A stretch of 64,000 nt of DNA from Bugula neritina (Eukaryota > Animalia > Bryozoa), in NCBI GenBank assembly GCA_964035545.1, contig OZ037766.1, positions 10,220,722 through 10,284,721 of the forward strand, given 5' to 3'. The notes under the pieces were generated by a model that was given only the letters and a program-made list of their open reading frames with translations, was not told the origin of the DNA and made no database searches. The position numbers were made by a program, and so were the translations under genes. Positions 44,152 to 58,149 of this stretch are shown piece after piece. How positions within the stretch are numbered: the first letter of the stretch is position 1; every line of letters starts with the position of its first letter.

Positions 44152-47100
44152 ATGAGTACTAATATCAAGGTGTGTGTAAGAGTTCGGCCCGAGAATGAGA
44201 AGGAAAGGGCTGCAGCTCAGAATCATGTAGTGAGGGTGGTCGACGAGGCACTGCTGGTGTTTGATCCTGTCTATACGGCGAATGGTAAGCTTGGTTTTAT
44301 ATTCAGCTAATTTTGTTATTTATGATATCAAAAGCTGCACCATCAATATATTCTATTTCAAGAGTTTTGCTTGTTTTTATTTTAGTCACATACTTTCACG
44401 GAAAGGCTGTTAAAGATCCGACCAGCAAAAAGCCTAGAGATGTCAAGTTTGCTTTTGACCGAGTGTTCTCTCCATCGGCTACAAACATTGAAGTGTATGA
44501 ACAGACAACTAAGTGTGTCCTCAGGTCGTTAGTGGATGGATACAATTGTTCGGGTAGGTTATCCAAACGCCCGTACCTTCACCAAATATCAGAATTCCTA
44601 ATTCTATATCTCAACTGTTGTATCTCATACATTGACATCTTTATTTTCCAGTTTTTGCCTATGGGGCTACTGGGGCTGGCAAAACATTCTCCATGCTGGG
44701 ATCGCCAAAAACACCTGGTGTAATTTTCCTCAGCATGATGGACTTGTACAACATAAAAGAGTCTGAGCAAGATGACAAGCATATTGACATATCTGTGTCA
44801 TATCTTGAGGTTAGCCAAGTTGATATTCCATCTAGTACAGTCTAAGAAAGTAACTATTTTCCCCACATTAAAATAAAATTTCTGAAAACAAAGAACGCAG
44901 TTACTCTACTATTTATAAACCTAGTAAGGCATGTAATTCGATTTTCAGTTGAATTATTAGCACCTTTTCAAACTATTTCATCAAGTGTTTATTCCGTTTC
45001 TTCGGGAATTATAATGTTATATAGTTTTGAATTTATGGTGAAGAATTTTGCTGACCATTATGTCTTGGGCTGTGCTTCATATAAAACTGATTTTAACTTT
45101 TTGTTTTTTTTAAAACTATTGTTTCATGAACTCTGACTAGTTTCAGGTGGTGATGTAACACACTCAATGAGAGTTAGAATATTGTTTAGCTACTTGGGGC
45201 TGCAAGTAGGAGGATTGTGATTACAGGTATACAATGAAAATATCAAAGACTTGCTGTCGCCGAGTAACAACAACCTGCCAATTAGAGAAGATGGAAAGCA
45301 AGGAGTTATCGTTTCTGGCTTGTGTGTAAAAGAACCTGATTCTGCTGAAGAACTTCTCCAAATGCTTGAAAAGGGAAATAAAAACCGAACTCAACACCCG
45401 ACTGATGCAAATGCAGAATCTTCCAGATCCCATGCTGTCTTTCAGGTTGGTAATGTTAGATTAGATGCATTGCAATAGCGTGGAACTAGGGAGCAGCCGT
45501 GGTCTAGGGGTTAGAGTGTTTACTTAGTAAGCACGAAGGTCATGGGTTCAAACCCTAGTAAAGGCCATTGGTGATGTTAGGAAAAGCATGCAGTCATAAT
45601 TGCTCCTGTGCCTCATATGAATGAGTCTTTAAAAAACCTTTTCATCAGGGTTCTTGTGGGGATGGCGACTATAAACTTGCATGATTTTTTTTTTCATAGC
45701 AGTAAAACTCCTTACTAAGCAGGGTAGCTGGAATACGTCTTATGCCTCCCATAGACCGCACATAACATTTAATAACATTAATGGAGCATTGGTCTTTAAT
45801 GTAGCTGTATCTAGCTGTACTAGTGTCATCTTTGTTTGCTGCACCCTGATTGGCTGTGGTAAATGTTGTGGTTTTTTAAATAAGGGCTGGTGTATGTGGA
45901 GTCTTTTTACCTGGGTGATCTTTTGCACACTCACAATTTCATTACTGTGCCATGCATCATCATACAAATGGTAAAAGTAAACAAGATATCTAAATTTGCA
46001 TCAACATTACCCGCTACAAACTTGTGTGTTCAATGTCTGAATATGCATCTAAATTTAAACAATTTAGCAGGTACATGTCGCCATTTTACTGTGCGAAATT
46101 CTACTGCTGGAAAGTTGAAAGACATTGGCTTATGACTTTTGCACGTTTAGGTTTTTGTGAGAATCCGAAATTCTGCTGCTGGCCTCTCTGAAGAAGTGAA
46201 GACATCAAAATTGTCTCTTATTGATTTGGCTGGCTCTGAAAGAGCCACTGTCACCAAGAACAGAGGCGCCAGGTTTAGAGAAGGTGCTAATATCAACAAA
46301 TCTTTACTGGCTCTTGGCAACTGTATCAATGCGTTGGCTGATACAAAGGTATGTTTTGTTACGATAGTTTATTAGCCATCACATCCACATGATAAGAATA
46401 GCTTCCTCAGTCTAGTTGAATCACCAACTAGCTTTAGTTTTCTTGGCAGTATTCTTTACTAGACTCCATGACTCATCTTTCATGGATATTGATTTTATCA
46501 CCAACCATACATGTATATATCCAGTGCTAGAAGGGCTTGACATGCAATGCTTGGTTAAAAGATAAAGAGTAATTATAATTAGTTCGTGGTTTGTCATGAA
46601 TTAGTTGGCAGCACCAATTTTAGGTAGTATCTCTTATACACGTAGTTGCCACGTTATGAACCGAAAATTTTAATTCTAAACCAATATGAACTAATTACCC
46701 TAAATATGAATAGTGATCTGGTTATCTTATACAAGGGAATACAACTCTTAAAACATTGGTAGTATAGTAGGTGCATATCAATTCCACCAGTCTTTGTGAA
46801 AAATAAATTCAATGCATATATATATTATATTATGTAGCTCTGTAGTTTATATAAATATGTAGAGTGTGTTTTTTTGGTGTAGCAAACATGTTCAGTTAAT
46901 GATTTGACAGTAATTGATATACAATTAGAATAATAAGATTATAAAATGAAATAGCATTTGCTATATTTGAATTTTCATTACAATTATTTCAGATTACATT
47001 TGAATTTTAATAGGCTAAAGACCATTAGTCAAGCAAATATGCTTTGTATTGGAAGTAACAGATAAATCATCAGTAAATGATAATTTTGCTCTGTGTCAGG

Positions 47101-50100
47101 TTTATATTTCTCTATAATTTCCTTTTAAACCGTTTTATGTTAATATTTGTGATAAAATAGTCCCACATTGTGAATCACCACGCTTTCAGGTTTAGCTAGA
47201 ATAAATTATGGTTAATAGAATGTACCCATCTTTATGCAGTACTATTTGAATATAATATAACGAGAGGACTGTACAGTCTCAATTTATTGCAGAGAAAAGG
47301 CAGCAAGCATATTCCATATCGTAACAGTAAGCTGACTCGAATACTAAAAGACTCACTCGGAGACAATTGTAAAACCGTGATGTTAGCTGCTGTGAGGTAA
47401 CTCTTGGCCTTTCATTAAAATAATAAAATTCTGCTAATTGAATAATTTTGTCTCAAAAGTTTTACTTTTCAAAGAAAACCTGCCCGCAAAAAACTGGTTA
47501 AATTTGAGGAAATTTCAAAACTGTGCACATGTGTAACCCTGCATTGTGTTTGGGTGGTGATTGTGTTGTTTACTTGCAGTCCTTCGCGCCAGTCTTACGA
47601 GGATACATTCAACACTCTCAGCTACGCAAACAGAGCCAAGAAAATTAAAGCAGTTGTAAGTTTGGTGTTCACTTCCTTGTAAAGCTGATTTTTTTTCTTA
47701 TAAATTGTATGTATTGTATTACAAGTAGACTATAATCATTAAGTGATTTCACTTTAAATATGCGAGCTCCTGTGTGCTCTAAGAATTAAATGGATGAATA
47801 TTGGCCAAAATTGGCCAGTTTTGCTAACATTGGTTTAATGAAACTTACCATCTTATTCTGCTGGGTTGACCCTGAATTACCAAAATGTTCATCTACTTTA
47901 CTCAATGAAGCTCTAGTTTGCCTAGCCTTTTTCTAAATTGCTATATATGCATTCCAGTCTTGAGTAAAACATTTTTTGTTTTGTCTTTATTGCAGCTCAA
48001 GAAGAACATCATAAATGTCAGTGCAAGAGTTCAAAACTACGGCAAAATAGTGGATGATTTACAAGGAGAAGTGAGTATTAATATATAATAATATACACAA
48101 TACTATGTGTGCATTTCATTTCTTGCCGTAGCCCTCGCTATGTCTAGACTTTAGAGTCTAGCGGTATTATTTTATCTTGTGTTTCAGCTGCTGCGTCACC
48201 CGATTATTTTATGTTTAAGGTTGCCCGGCTGAAAGCCCAGCTAGAACTGCGTGAAATAAGGCCACAATGCTCCTTCAACATAGACCAGTGAGTACCTAGT
48301 TTTATTCCTCTCCCATCTTCTGTTCTAGTAATGTGTCTGCACACCATTGCACTCTATATCCTGTTGTTTAGGCTACAAAATGATATAAGTACGGCTTACG
48401 GAGAGAGAAGGCAAATACGAGATGATATCATGCACATCGAACTGATGGTTAAGCAGACGAGTTTCGCAACGATGAGGAGGGAGCAAACACTGAAGAGGTT
48501 GAACATGGTGTCGTCTGATCTCTACACTCCCGGTGAAAAGGTATGCATCACTCATTTACTCTACCGTAAACTTCAAGCAGATCACCTAAAAAGCTCTGTG
48601 ACTTGGTGGCACTAGTATACACAGTAGCACAATATCGCACTAGTTTATCACTGGCTTCTGTTATGATTTACAGACTGTAGGAAAGATAGTGAGGGCCATG
48701 AGCTCAGCTAGTAATAAGACTATGAAGTTGGAGAAATCTAAACAAGTGGAGCTGGAAAGATTGAATGACAACACCGACAGGTTGAGAGCACTTGTTAATA
48801 CTGGCAAGACCTTGGAGAACCAGCATGCTCAAGAGGTATGTCCAAGACAATAGCTTGAAAAAATTGTGACACATTGAAGACTGCAAGCTTCATATAAACC
48901 TTTGCATGATTATATGAGTTTATGTGAAAGCTGTGTAGTATATCAATAGCATTTCATAGTCTAGGATTTTTTTATATACATCATGTTTTGGTTATGAACA
49001 GCATTCATATTTTTAATTCATTAAAATTTCTAGGTCTTATTTGTTTGAAATTAATTAATAGCCCTAGTTTACAGCCCTAAAAGTTTCCATCTAAGACTCT
49101 AAGTCATTGATCAGCTTCACATGCATAGTGGTGTGTATATTTCTAGATATTGTCATTGCAAATGAAAGCGTATCACTTTGAGCAAGAATCGCGAGAGTAT
49201 CAGCGACAGAGCCAGCATTATGCCAGATTACTCAACTCCATGCATGAAGAAGAGCGACACAATGAAAAGTAACATATTTGCTACTACTATTCACTCTAGA
49301 TATATACAGTGTACATTGTAACATGCAAGAGTAATGTTATGTTAAAAGTGTAGGGCTTGCATTTGGTAGTGGCCATGGACAAGAAAAACATGAAATGTAT
49401 TTACATTCTAATTATGTGAAAGCAGAGTGATGTGTTGATTACAGGATTGTAAAGATGTTTCTGGAATACTTGGAGTCATCAGAATCTATTCTGCGGCAGA
49501 ATGGCTTACAGACCAGTAGAATTGTTGACATGTACACTAACATCAAGGCGTGTATCACCAAAGAAAAACACGTGCAGTTTGACGGAGAGAGGGATGTTGA
49601 GGAAGATACGGAGACGTTCAAATCCATCATTAGCGTGCCGGTCATGTCAGCCAATGAAAGCTCGTTGCAGATTTCAGGTCAGTTCTGAATGCTTTCTCTT
49701 TACCTGTAGTCGTTGTGTATTCCTCATACCTTATATTTGTAATGCTGCAAGTCTTGTTAACTACTGAAGATCTACTGTTGTGCACTGTTTGCAGGTAAAG
49801 CTGTACTAGTCTATGAGGAAACCAGCTCAGCTGATCAAACCTTAACACTAGAGGATGCAAATGGGACGTTCACAATACCGCATATTGATTCTCCAGAACA
49901 TGAGGCTGCAGGCTCATCTGTGCCAGGATCTTCACCTGTACAAACACCGCCTACTCCCTCATCTCCTGCACAAACTCCTCCCCCACCTTCTCCACAGCCA
50001 GCGCATGGATGTGGAGTTGTCTCCCCACAAGAACCTAACCCACCGTCTCCTGGTCAACCATCTGAGGTCACACGCTCACCATCTCCAGAATCTGATACGG

Positions 50101-52731
50101 AGAAAAGCGAGGTATTTATTAATTATCCCTTCTCACCTTTCTTTTGGTGTCTAATGCAAAAAATTTGAAATTAGTAGTCGTAGGTAGTCTATAAGCTATT
50201 TCACATATATCAATTCACGCTATAATCTTGGTTGGAATGATTTATGTTGGTTAATAGTTTATGTTTTCATTTAGGGATCGAAAGGTGCCGAAGAAATTAC
50301 TTCTCCATTGCATGGGAAACCAATAAATAAATTCACACATATCAAGCCACAAGCTCGCTCTTTTTCAGACCAAACTGTGTTCAAGCCACTACATGAGGTT
50401 TGTAAATAAATCTTACCTAGGTTATATATGACATGCAGGTTTCAATGAGAGTTTTTCTTTTATAGAACGTCTTCACCAAATAGTTATTTTTTCTTGCTAT
50501 GCTTACATTTTATAAAGGTCAGTGTGCTTCTAGAAGTTCTGCAAATTATTAAATTTTATTTTCTACAAAGTAATGGTATGTTTGGTAAATTGGCAGATGA
50601 GCTAAAGGAGTGGACTGGCTGAAATTTCAAGCTATAAAATTGGATTTTTATGCAGTTTTGAAACTTTTTCATCTTATAATTTATTTCACTTGTTTATTTC
50701 GCAAATTACATAGAGTAGTTATAGCATGTCATATTCTATTGTAGTGGTATTATGGTGATTTTATTTCATTTCTATGTTATATGCAAATTTATAGGTCTTT
50801 TATCATCTGCACCCAATATAATGTGGCAGTGTGCAATATAATAGGCTGCATGATTGTAGCTACTCGGTTGAAGATAAACATATATATCCAGTTCATCTGA
50901 TTTGACATTAAAACTAAATCCTATAGGGAAGTTATTAATCAAGTTAGTTCTAGGAAGTGGAACTCAGTCTAAGATATACTGACTGGTCTCGTTATGTAGG
51001 TATTGGGGCTAGCCAAGGGAACTGGATGTGAAGAAATTGAAGCTGCAGAGGGTACGCCTGACCGGCCCCCAGCTAAACTCAGAGTGCTGGAGCAACCAAG
51101 TGTACCCGCCAAGGCTACTACTTCTGGATCTGCATTCTCCTCCACTTCTACAGCATTTAAAGGTGATTTGTTTGGGCATAAATGAACTGCTTCTTATAGG
51201 TGGCCATTACTTTGGGGGTCTATATTGATAATTAACATATTGAATTTTCTAGCAAGCAATGTGCCGTGTATCCATTTCCTATGATTTGATGCTCTTCTAT
51301 TTTGTTGCTGGCAAAGAGTGAATGACATCTATGTGTGTTACTCAATTTATTATTTTCCAAGTTTTTGTCCACAATCATTAGAACGAAACAGTATAGCTTT
51401 ATTTTCTTATATTTAAGCTGTTCAAGAAAAAAATGCATAGTTTCTGTATCAAGCTTCGCAGCGTTACTTGTAGTTTGTATTTAGTACTCTGTATCAACTA
51501 TGTATTTAGTTGACTACCAAATCAACTGTTTGCTGACTTGTTTCTCTCTTTAGATGCAGCCAAAAAGTTCCAGGAGGACCTTTTAGCTCAAAAGCAAGTA
51601 AATTATGCTCCTCAATATGACAGTAAACCTCTCAATGAAGGGCGAACAACTCCAGAGCCCATGGATGTGTGCACAGTTGATGAGGATCATGCGAAGGACA
51701 CTACTGTTGTATTATATAGGCATTCACCTGGAGGTACATCACTGCCAACTTCTCTGGTATCAGATGAGACAAACACAAACAATGAACCATCCAAGTTGTT
51801 ATCTGATGGCAGTAAGTCATTACTGCCAGACTCTGAAAGTACTCTCTCACTCTCCGCTAATAGTGCATCACTCAACGCCACTCTAGAAACTGGCTCTACT
51901 AGTCTAACAGCTCACACTCCTGCATCGGAAGATAAACTCAATCACTCAACGCCTCTGAGGAATTCCAGCAACAAAATGGCTGCTGCTAAAACGTCTGTAC
52001 CGGGATATTTGAAAATGACTGCCGCATCTGCATCTAAGCGCGCCATCTTGGACAGGTATGTAGCCTTAGTGTGTTCATTCAGTGTTTTCGTTGTGTCTGT
52101 AATATGTGGTTCAAACTAGCATTGCGCTGGCTATTTCGAAAGTTTGGTAATCATTATAATCAGTATTTCATGTTAATGGGCAACGGTAATGCAATAATTT
52201 ATATATATTTGTATTTCAATAATTGGTGTAATTTATAATTAAATAATTGGCCCAGCATTAAGCAGACTCAAGGCTAGTCTGCACTTGTATGATTTCATGA
52301 TTAACTTGTTGAAACTGGCTACTGTCATCAAGGTTTTGCTTCTAGTAACAATATTTGGGATAAATTGACAAATTTGCAATCTATGTTTAGTGTTTACACA
52401 CACTTGTATTGTGTAATAATCGGATGTTGAATGTTTTAAGCGAAAAGCATGCTTTGAGTTTTTAAATTTTTCTTGTGAGAGAACAAATGGTATTCGCCAA
52501 TGAAAACGTAACTTTCTATTCTTTGTTAAATAAGACCTTATGTTGGTTTTACTAAAGCAGTAGCCTGTTGTGGTTTATAGTTAACATGAGAAAGATAGTA
52601 ACTCACTGATTGTATTTTTAAATTATACATTATAATAAGTATTTTTGACCTGACAATCATAGAATACTGGCAGTGCTAACATTTATATTTTTAGTTCCAA
52701 CAGACTGGCTCATAAAGAAAATGTGACCTGA
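44152..52731 (+). CDS. KIF18A: Kinesin-8 family motor (KIF18A/B-like)
   Basis: About 18 exons. [21 protein letters not shown]-loop [80 protein letters not shown]; tail with KHVQF (RVxF), [14 protein letters not shown] and terminal HKENVT*. Confidence 0.92.
45489..45679 (+). mobile_element. tRNA-derived SINE, copy 2
   Basis: Colinear with 19830-20022 (same head, A/B boxes, body and GCGACTATAAACTTG end); lies in a kinesin intron. Confidence 0.85.
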
Positions 52732-54028
52732 TTCTACTCCTAGTCTTCACAGGCAGCAGAAGTCTGCCTGTGTTTTAATGTTTAGCATGCCGTGCTGGTA
52801 GCTGAAGACTATATATCACTCAGTTATATTCGAGAGATGAGATGATATTCAACACTTTTATGCACTGAAATTGTATCTTATGATTATAGTTGCCAGTGCT
52901 GCTGTTTTTATGCCAAAGTATATTTTATCATAATTTAAACTGCATAGGCTAAACATATGCTTGCTATTCATTTGGGAAAGTTGCACATGATGTCCATACT
53001 GCATTGTTTCTTTTGGCTGTGTATACATTCATAGCATTGATGAATAGCTTTTTTCATAAAATATAAACATATTTAAACCATTCATTACTGTCCTGTGTGT
53101 TGAAAAGCAGACATTTTAGTTTAAGTGCAAAAGTCATACAATTACCCAGTGCCAATTCCCTCCATGGATAAATCTGTGATTGTAGACTATTCATTGCTTT
53201 TGTTGCAATTCAATAATATTTTTCACAATTATTGTATGTACAAACAACAGTTGACTAAAATAGTGGCTTGACTTATGTATATTATATGATATTTTAGAGG
53301 TAGTAAATTGGTTCCAAGCCAGATGCAAGTTATTTGGTTGATGCAATGAAATATGTAGTTTATGCTGCCACTGAGGCTCATGAGGAACTTAAATGCACTT
53401 TTATTTTAGGTGAACTTGAAATGACAAGGAACAATTATTTGTTTAGTGATTTGTAAAATGAAAAGTGTGTTTTGAGTGAATGTTGAAGTATATAGAAACA
53501 TTATGTTCTTAGTCACTGTTGTCCTCTACTCATTCTCTAAAAAATATGAAGAATAAAGAAAATTCTATAAGATAGTGGTCAGCCAGTTATAGGATGAAGA
53601 CTTGCAAGGTTGAGAAGAGTCTTCAAATTGACTTGATTTGAATCAATTTTACATGACAAAAACTGCTAAGGAATGAAAATTCAAGTAATTGCAATGAAAA
53701 AAATTAGAAGTTGCCAACTAAAATGTCATCTTATTTCATTTTTAAACCTGCTGGTATCTACATGGTTGATAACAGGGCATTCTATTGATTTTTCTTGTTG
53801 AAGAGCATTCCGTTTTATGATTTGAAAACTATCATACCGCCCTGAGAATTTAAGTATATTTACCAAGTGCATATTATGCTGTAGTTATTGAACTGTTTAA
53901 TTGTTGTAGTCTGTAATAAATGATCATTATCAGTCTATCCTAGCTTTGAAATTAAAGAACTTTTGTTTGCTCATCTGTGTAATTATTAATATTTAATTTC
54001 AATTATTGGAATATTTATTTTTGTAACA

Positions 54029-56751
54029 GCAGTGCTCTGGCTACTATCTCATCGCAACCAATAGGTATATTAACAATATTTGAAATCTGCTGTCACTATC
54101 ACCATACATTTATATTCAATTTCGAGAAAAACTCGTGATGCATGTTTTATTTACAAATGCTGTGACAATTGGTTTAATGTCGATTCTCTATGGGGAGGCA
54201 ATAAATGTAGGAGTGGTTTTTCCAGCCAATGTGTCACTGAGCAGGTAAGACTTAATTCTAACATTTTTGAAAACTATTTGAATAGATTCATCAATTTTAA
54301 AATTAAAAATTTATTATAGTATGCAATAAGTATATTTAAAATATAGAGGAGAGGGAGAAAACGTATCGAATTTGATTTGGACGCAACGCAGGTACATTTA
54401 CAAGTTTGGATGACATAATGATATTTTGTAGGTATAAACTTTTACATACAGCTTTTGTGTACTAATTGTGAACTTGTTACAGGTTCAAGAGTGGTGCATT
54501 AGAAATCCGAAACTCTCTCAATTTAGATTTCAAAGTCCAGGATATTTGGCTATCCGAAAAGAATGTTCACCAAACTGATGTGTGGAACATGCATAATTTG
54601 GATACTCTGATATATTTGATAAAAGGGAAATGTCATCAAGCATTGCATGATGCCAACAAAAATCAAAAACCAATTTTTACATCTGTAAGCTATTAATTAT
54701 AACTTCAGCATATACATTTGCAGCTGAATGGGCACTCTATTACAAAGCAATTTCCTTCATATATATGTGCACAAAAATCTGAACACATGTTATATAAATA
54801 CACCATTTTTTATAATCAATTCAATTTTTTACATGAAGAATTTGATATTGACTAAAAAACTTTAAATTATGAATAACCATTGTGTGTAATCATAAGAATT
54901 TGAGTAAATTAATTTCTATATTTGCAATTTCCTAAAGTACAAACATAATATTGCTTATAATCTAGATATAAGAAAATATTTTATATACCAAAAACATCAA
55001 TAGCTAAACTATTTTACTGCTATATTTTATTTTAAACTCTCAATTAATTTCATCTTCTCAGAATTGTGAAGAGAAAGATGACATAGAACTGAGGTACAAA
55101 TACCGCACTCACATCCGACTTGATAGGACCATGTCTAGTTTAGTGCTGCACATCAAACGCTTGGTTGAGCAGATAATACCAGCTTCCACCACAGTTTCCA
55201 TCCAGACACTGGACTCAGCTCAGACCCGAATAGCCATTGAATTGCTTGTAGCCTTGGGATCCTCTCCAGACATAGATGTGGAGATTTGTCAGCGCTGCAA
55301 ATCTAACCCCTCACACCAAGGTACAGATTTGGGTTTTGCTATGCCTTGTGCTACCTTGCATTTTATTTGTTTATTGTGTAACAATTTATAAACTTATAAC
55401 ATAGGCCAATGTTTATAACTATTGCTAAATAAACTTGCGATTATTTGATGTTGCCATTAAAGGCCAGAACATTGAAAACTTTGAAAAGTTTTCAGTAATA
55501 ATAGCCAATGAGTTTTATATACTTATGTTCACAAATATTTTTCTTAGACCTTGAACCAATAACATTTTCACAAAAAATTCATTTTGCTTATTGTTTAGCT
55601 TTAATAGTGCATGGATCTGCATTTGAGGTGCTCCTCAGAGCAGAGCACGTGGCTAGACAGCACTGGAAGTGTGTCATATTAGCTACATATCAGAAACTTA
55701 CCAGTAGTCAGGGTAAGTGACTTGACCACTTTTACAGACTTGCATCGATTATCTAAACACAAATGCTTTGAACGTTTGTTATTTGTACTACATTAAGGAT
55801 ATATCTTACTCTATAAAGATACAAGAGCATAATTATTGTCTAAACATATAAAGTATATAATTATAGTTTTGCTAGAGTTGTATGTAATAATAATTTGTAT
55901 TATTCCGCAATATATCCTTCTTCCACTCATTCCTATAGTGCAGATTAATAGAAACTTTTAGTAGAAACTAGCTGAGATTTTCCTGCAGGTTTTAGTTGTT
56001 ATATAAATCGTTGGGTTAACATTTTAGTTGCAGATTTAAGCAGTTACTTCGTGCAGAGTAATACTGAATTGTTTCTTATCCAACCTACAGAGAATGATGA
56101 AGATCAAGTAAGTTATTAAAATATTTTTATAAAACATAATAGACATCTGAAATGATAAGTAAATATAACCTTAACAATAGTGTCGAATAGTGAAACACAA
56201 TTCTCTGACTTGCCAGACTAAACTGTTTACTTGTTTGAACTTGTATTTTTTCTAAACATGTTACTTAACAAATTTTCAAAAAAGATTTTTTAGTAAATAG
56301 CTATTCGGTCAAAATTTAGATCACCCATATCCTATTACATTTAGTTTTAGGTTATGCACTTTAGTTTAGTACAATCTGCCATTGCAAGGTTTATTTCGCT
56401 ATATTTTTTAAGGTGTCAAGTTTTCAGCAAGCCTACTATTTATACCTGACGTTCCTAGTACACGAGGCATCTACTAGACGCCCGTACATGTCAACCGATG
56501 TAGTTAAGCATCTTTTCCATGACATAAGAGCTAATTGCTACCCTGGTGAGTAATGTTGGCCATTTCTTATGGCAGAATGAACTCATAAAATTTATTTATG
56601 TTTTTATATTTGACTTTTAAAGGAAAAATTTTTGTGTCACATTAGTACCAACTGTACAGCGAAAATAGTTCTGAAACAGCTATTTAATAGCATCAACCAA
56701 AGCGTGCTGAAGAATATAGAGCAGTTTGTGTTCAGAAGAGACATGACATAA
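54029..56751 (+). CDS. Uncharacterised multi-exon protein-coding gene (5' end uncertain, possibly from ~53410)
   Basis: Phase-compatible GT-AG exons at approx. 54029-54063, 54211-54244, 54348-54391, 54483-54684, 55062-55320, 55599-55712, 56091-56107, 56413-56545, plus a probable last exon ending TAA at 56751. The frame stays open across the joins; no family recognised. Confidence 0.55.
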
Positions 56752-56811
56752 AAAAGTGTGCTACAGTATAATTGCATTATATTTTCTTATTTCATTTTTT
56801 CTTATTTATAT

Positions 56812-57163
56812 TGTAGTGAGTAGTGCAAGTACAAATACAGGAATCGCCCTCTCCCTATTCTTGGAATACTTAGACTCTTATGTAGCAACCAATTAGCAGC
56901 TCCGGAAGATATGCTTCCGAGTCACGTGACACTTCCCGGGTTAATAAGATTATATCACGTTGTTGTAAGCGGAGGCTTGTAGTAGTAACATGTGTTAGTA
57001 GTTGACTCTTGTATAGGATAATTTGATGTGATGTTTGTTTTATGCTTTATTGTGGATAATAAATATAATTACTCGACAGCTACCCTAGTAATTGATAACA
57101 GAATAACCAGCTAACTATACGCAAGTAAATAACTCACGCTCAGTAATTGCACAAATTACTACA
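56812..57163 (+). repeat. 5' LTR
   Basis: Direct repeat of 61720-62071; TG...CA ends; contains CCAAT, CGGAAG..CTTCCG, GTCACGTGAC and AATAAA. Confidence 0.97.
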
Positions 57164-57164
57164 G

Positions 57165-57182
57165 TGGTGGCAGCGGTGGGAT
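57165..57182 (+). promoter_or_regulatory. Primer binding site complementary to the tRNA-Leu 3' end
   Basis: TGGTGGCAGCGGTGGGAT, one base after the LTR, is the reverse complement of ...AUCCCACCGCUGCCACCA of metazoan tRNA-Leu(AAG/UAG). Confidence 0.9.
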
Positions 57183-57198
57183 CTTGCGTATAGCAGTC

Positions 57199-58149
57199 AT
57201 GGCAGAAGACGGCACGGAGCTACCCATTCCACTGAATGAAGGTGAGAGAGATAATGTTGATATACCTGTGGAACCAGTGGTGTTAGATGAAGAAGTGAGA
57301 ATTCTTAGAGAGCATGGTGAAGATAGATACCGGCTGAAGGCGCCCACCTTCACTGGCGAAGAAGCAGTGGAGCAGTTTATTCAAGAATTCCAAGATGTGA
57401 TGGAGATTGCAGAATGGCCGCCAAGGGTGGCGTTGCTAAAGCTCAGGATGGCGCTGACGGGCAAAGCTAAGCCGTACGGAGCTGGACCTGACATAGACGG
57501 AATCTTTGCTTCCCTGCGGGCCCGTTTTGGCATCTCTCCCATAGATGCGCGGGCCCGTCTACAGAGGATGCGGCGTGATCCTCACACGTCACTAGAAGAG
57601 CACGCTGCCACGGTGTACCCATTAGCGCAGATCGCATTCCGCGATCTGCCTCCGGTACACCGTGAGAGGTATACCTATGATGCCTTCGTGCAGTCCATCA
57701 ACGACTTGGGGCTCCACCATCAACTCCAAGCGAGGGGAGTCACCACAGTCGAAGATGCACTTGCGGTGGGAGAAGCCTATCTCTTGGCGACTCATATGCA
57801 CCGCAACCGCGTGGCCTCCCGCCAGGTGACCACGGAGCACTCTACTGCTCACACCGAAGTAAATGCGGAACCCTCCGCGGTGGCTAATGTGAACCAGATG
57901 TCACTAGTGTCAAAAATCTCACAGATGACTGACATGCTAGATAAGCTGGTCACCACATTAGCCTCCCCAAGCCAGGTAGATACTGCCCGTGAGCCTTGCG
58001 GGCCGCAGGTACAATCACCAGACATGGGGCACCACTTCTGCTGGGAATGCGGAAGGCCAGGACATTTCCAGAGAAACTGCCCTCAACTCCCACCAGGGTT
58101 AAACTACCCCGGCCCGCAGATGTTCCCACCTCCTGCGGGCCGTCTGTAA
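57199..58149 (+). CDS. gag: Retrotransposon Gag
   Basis: ATG at 57199 (MAEDGTELP...); capsid-like KAPTFTG..VEQFIQEF...W...L..ALTGKA; CCHC knuckle CWECGRPGHFQRNC. Confidence 0.92.
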   Translation: MAEDGTELPIPLNEGERDNVDIPVEPVVLDEEVRILREHGEDRYRLKAPTFTGEEAVEQFIQEFQDVMEIAEWPPRVALLKLRMALTGKAKPYGAGPDIDGIFASLRARFGISPIDARARLQRMRRDPHTSLEEHAATVYPLAQIAFRDLPPVHRERYTYDAFVQSINDLGLHHQLQARGVTTVEDALAVGEAYLLATHMHRNRVASRQVTTEHSTAHTEVNAEPSAVANVNQMSLVSKISQMTDMLDKLVTTLASPSQVDTAREPCGPQVQSPDMGHHFCWECGRPGHFQRNCPQLPPGLNYPGPQMFPPPAGRL

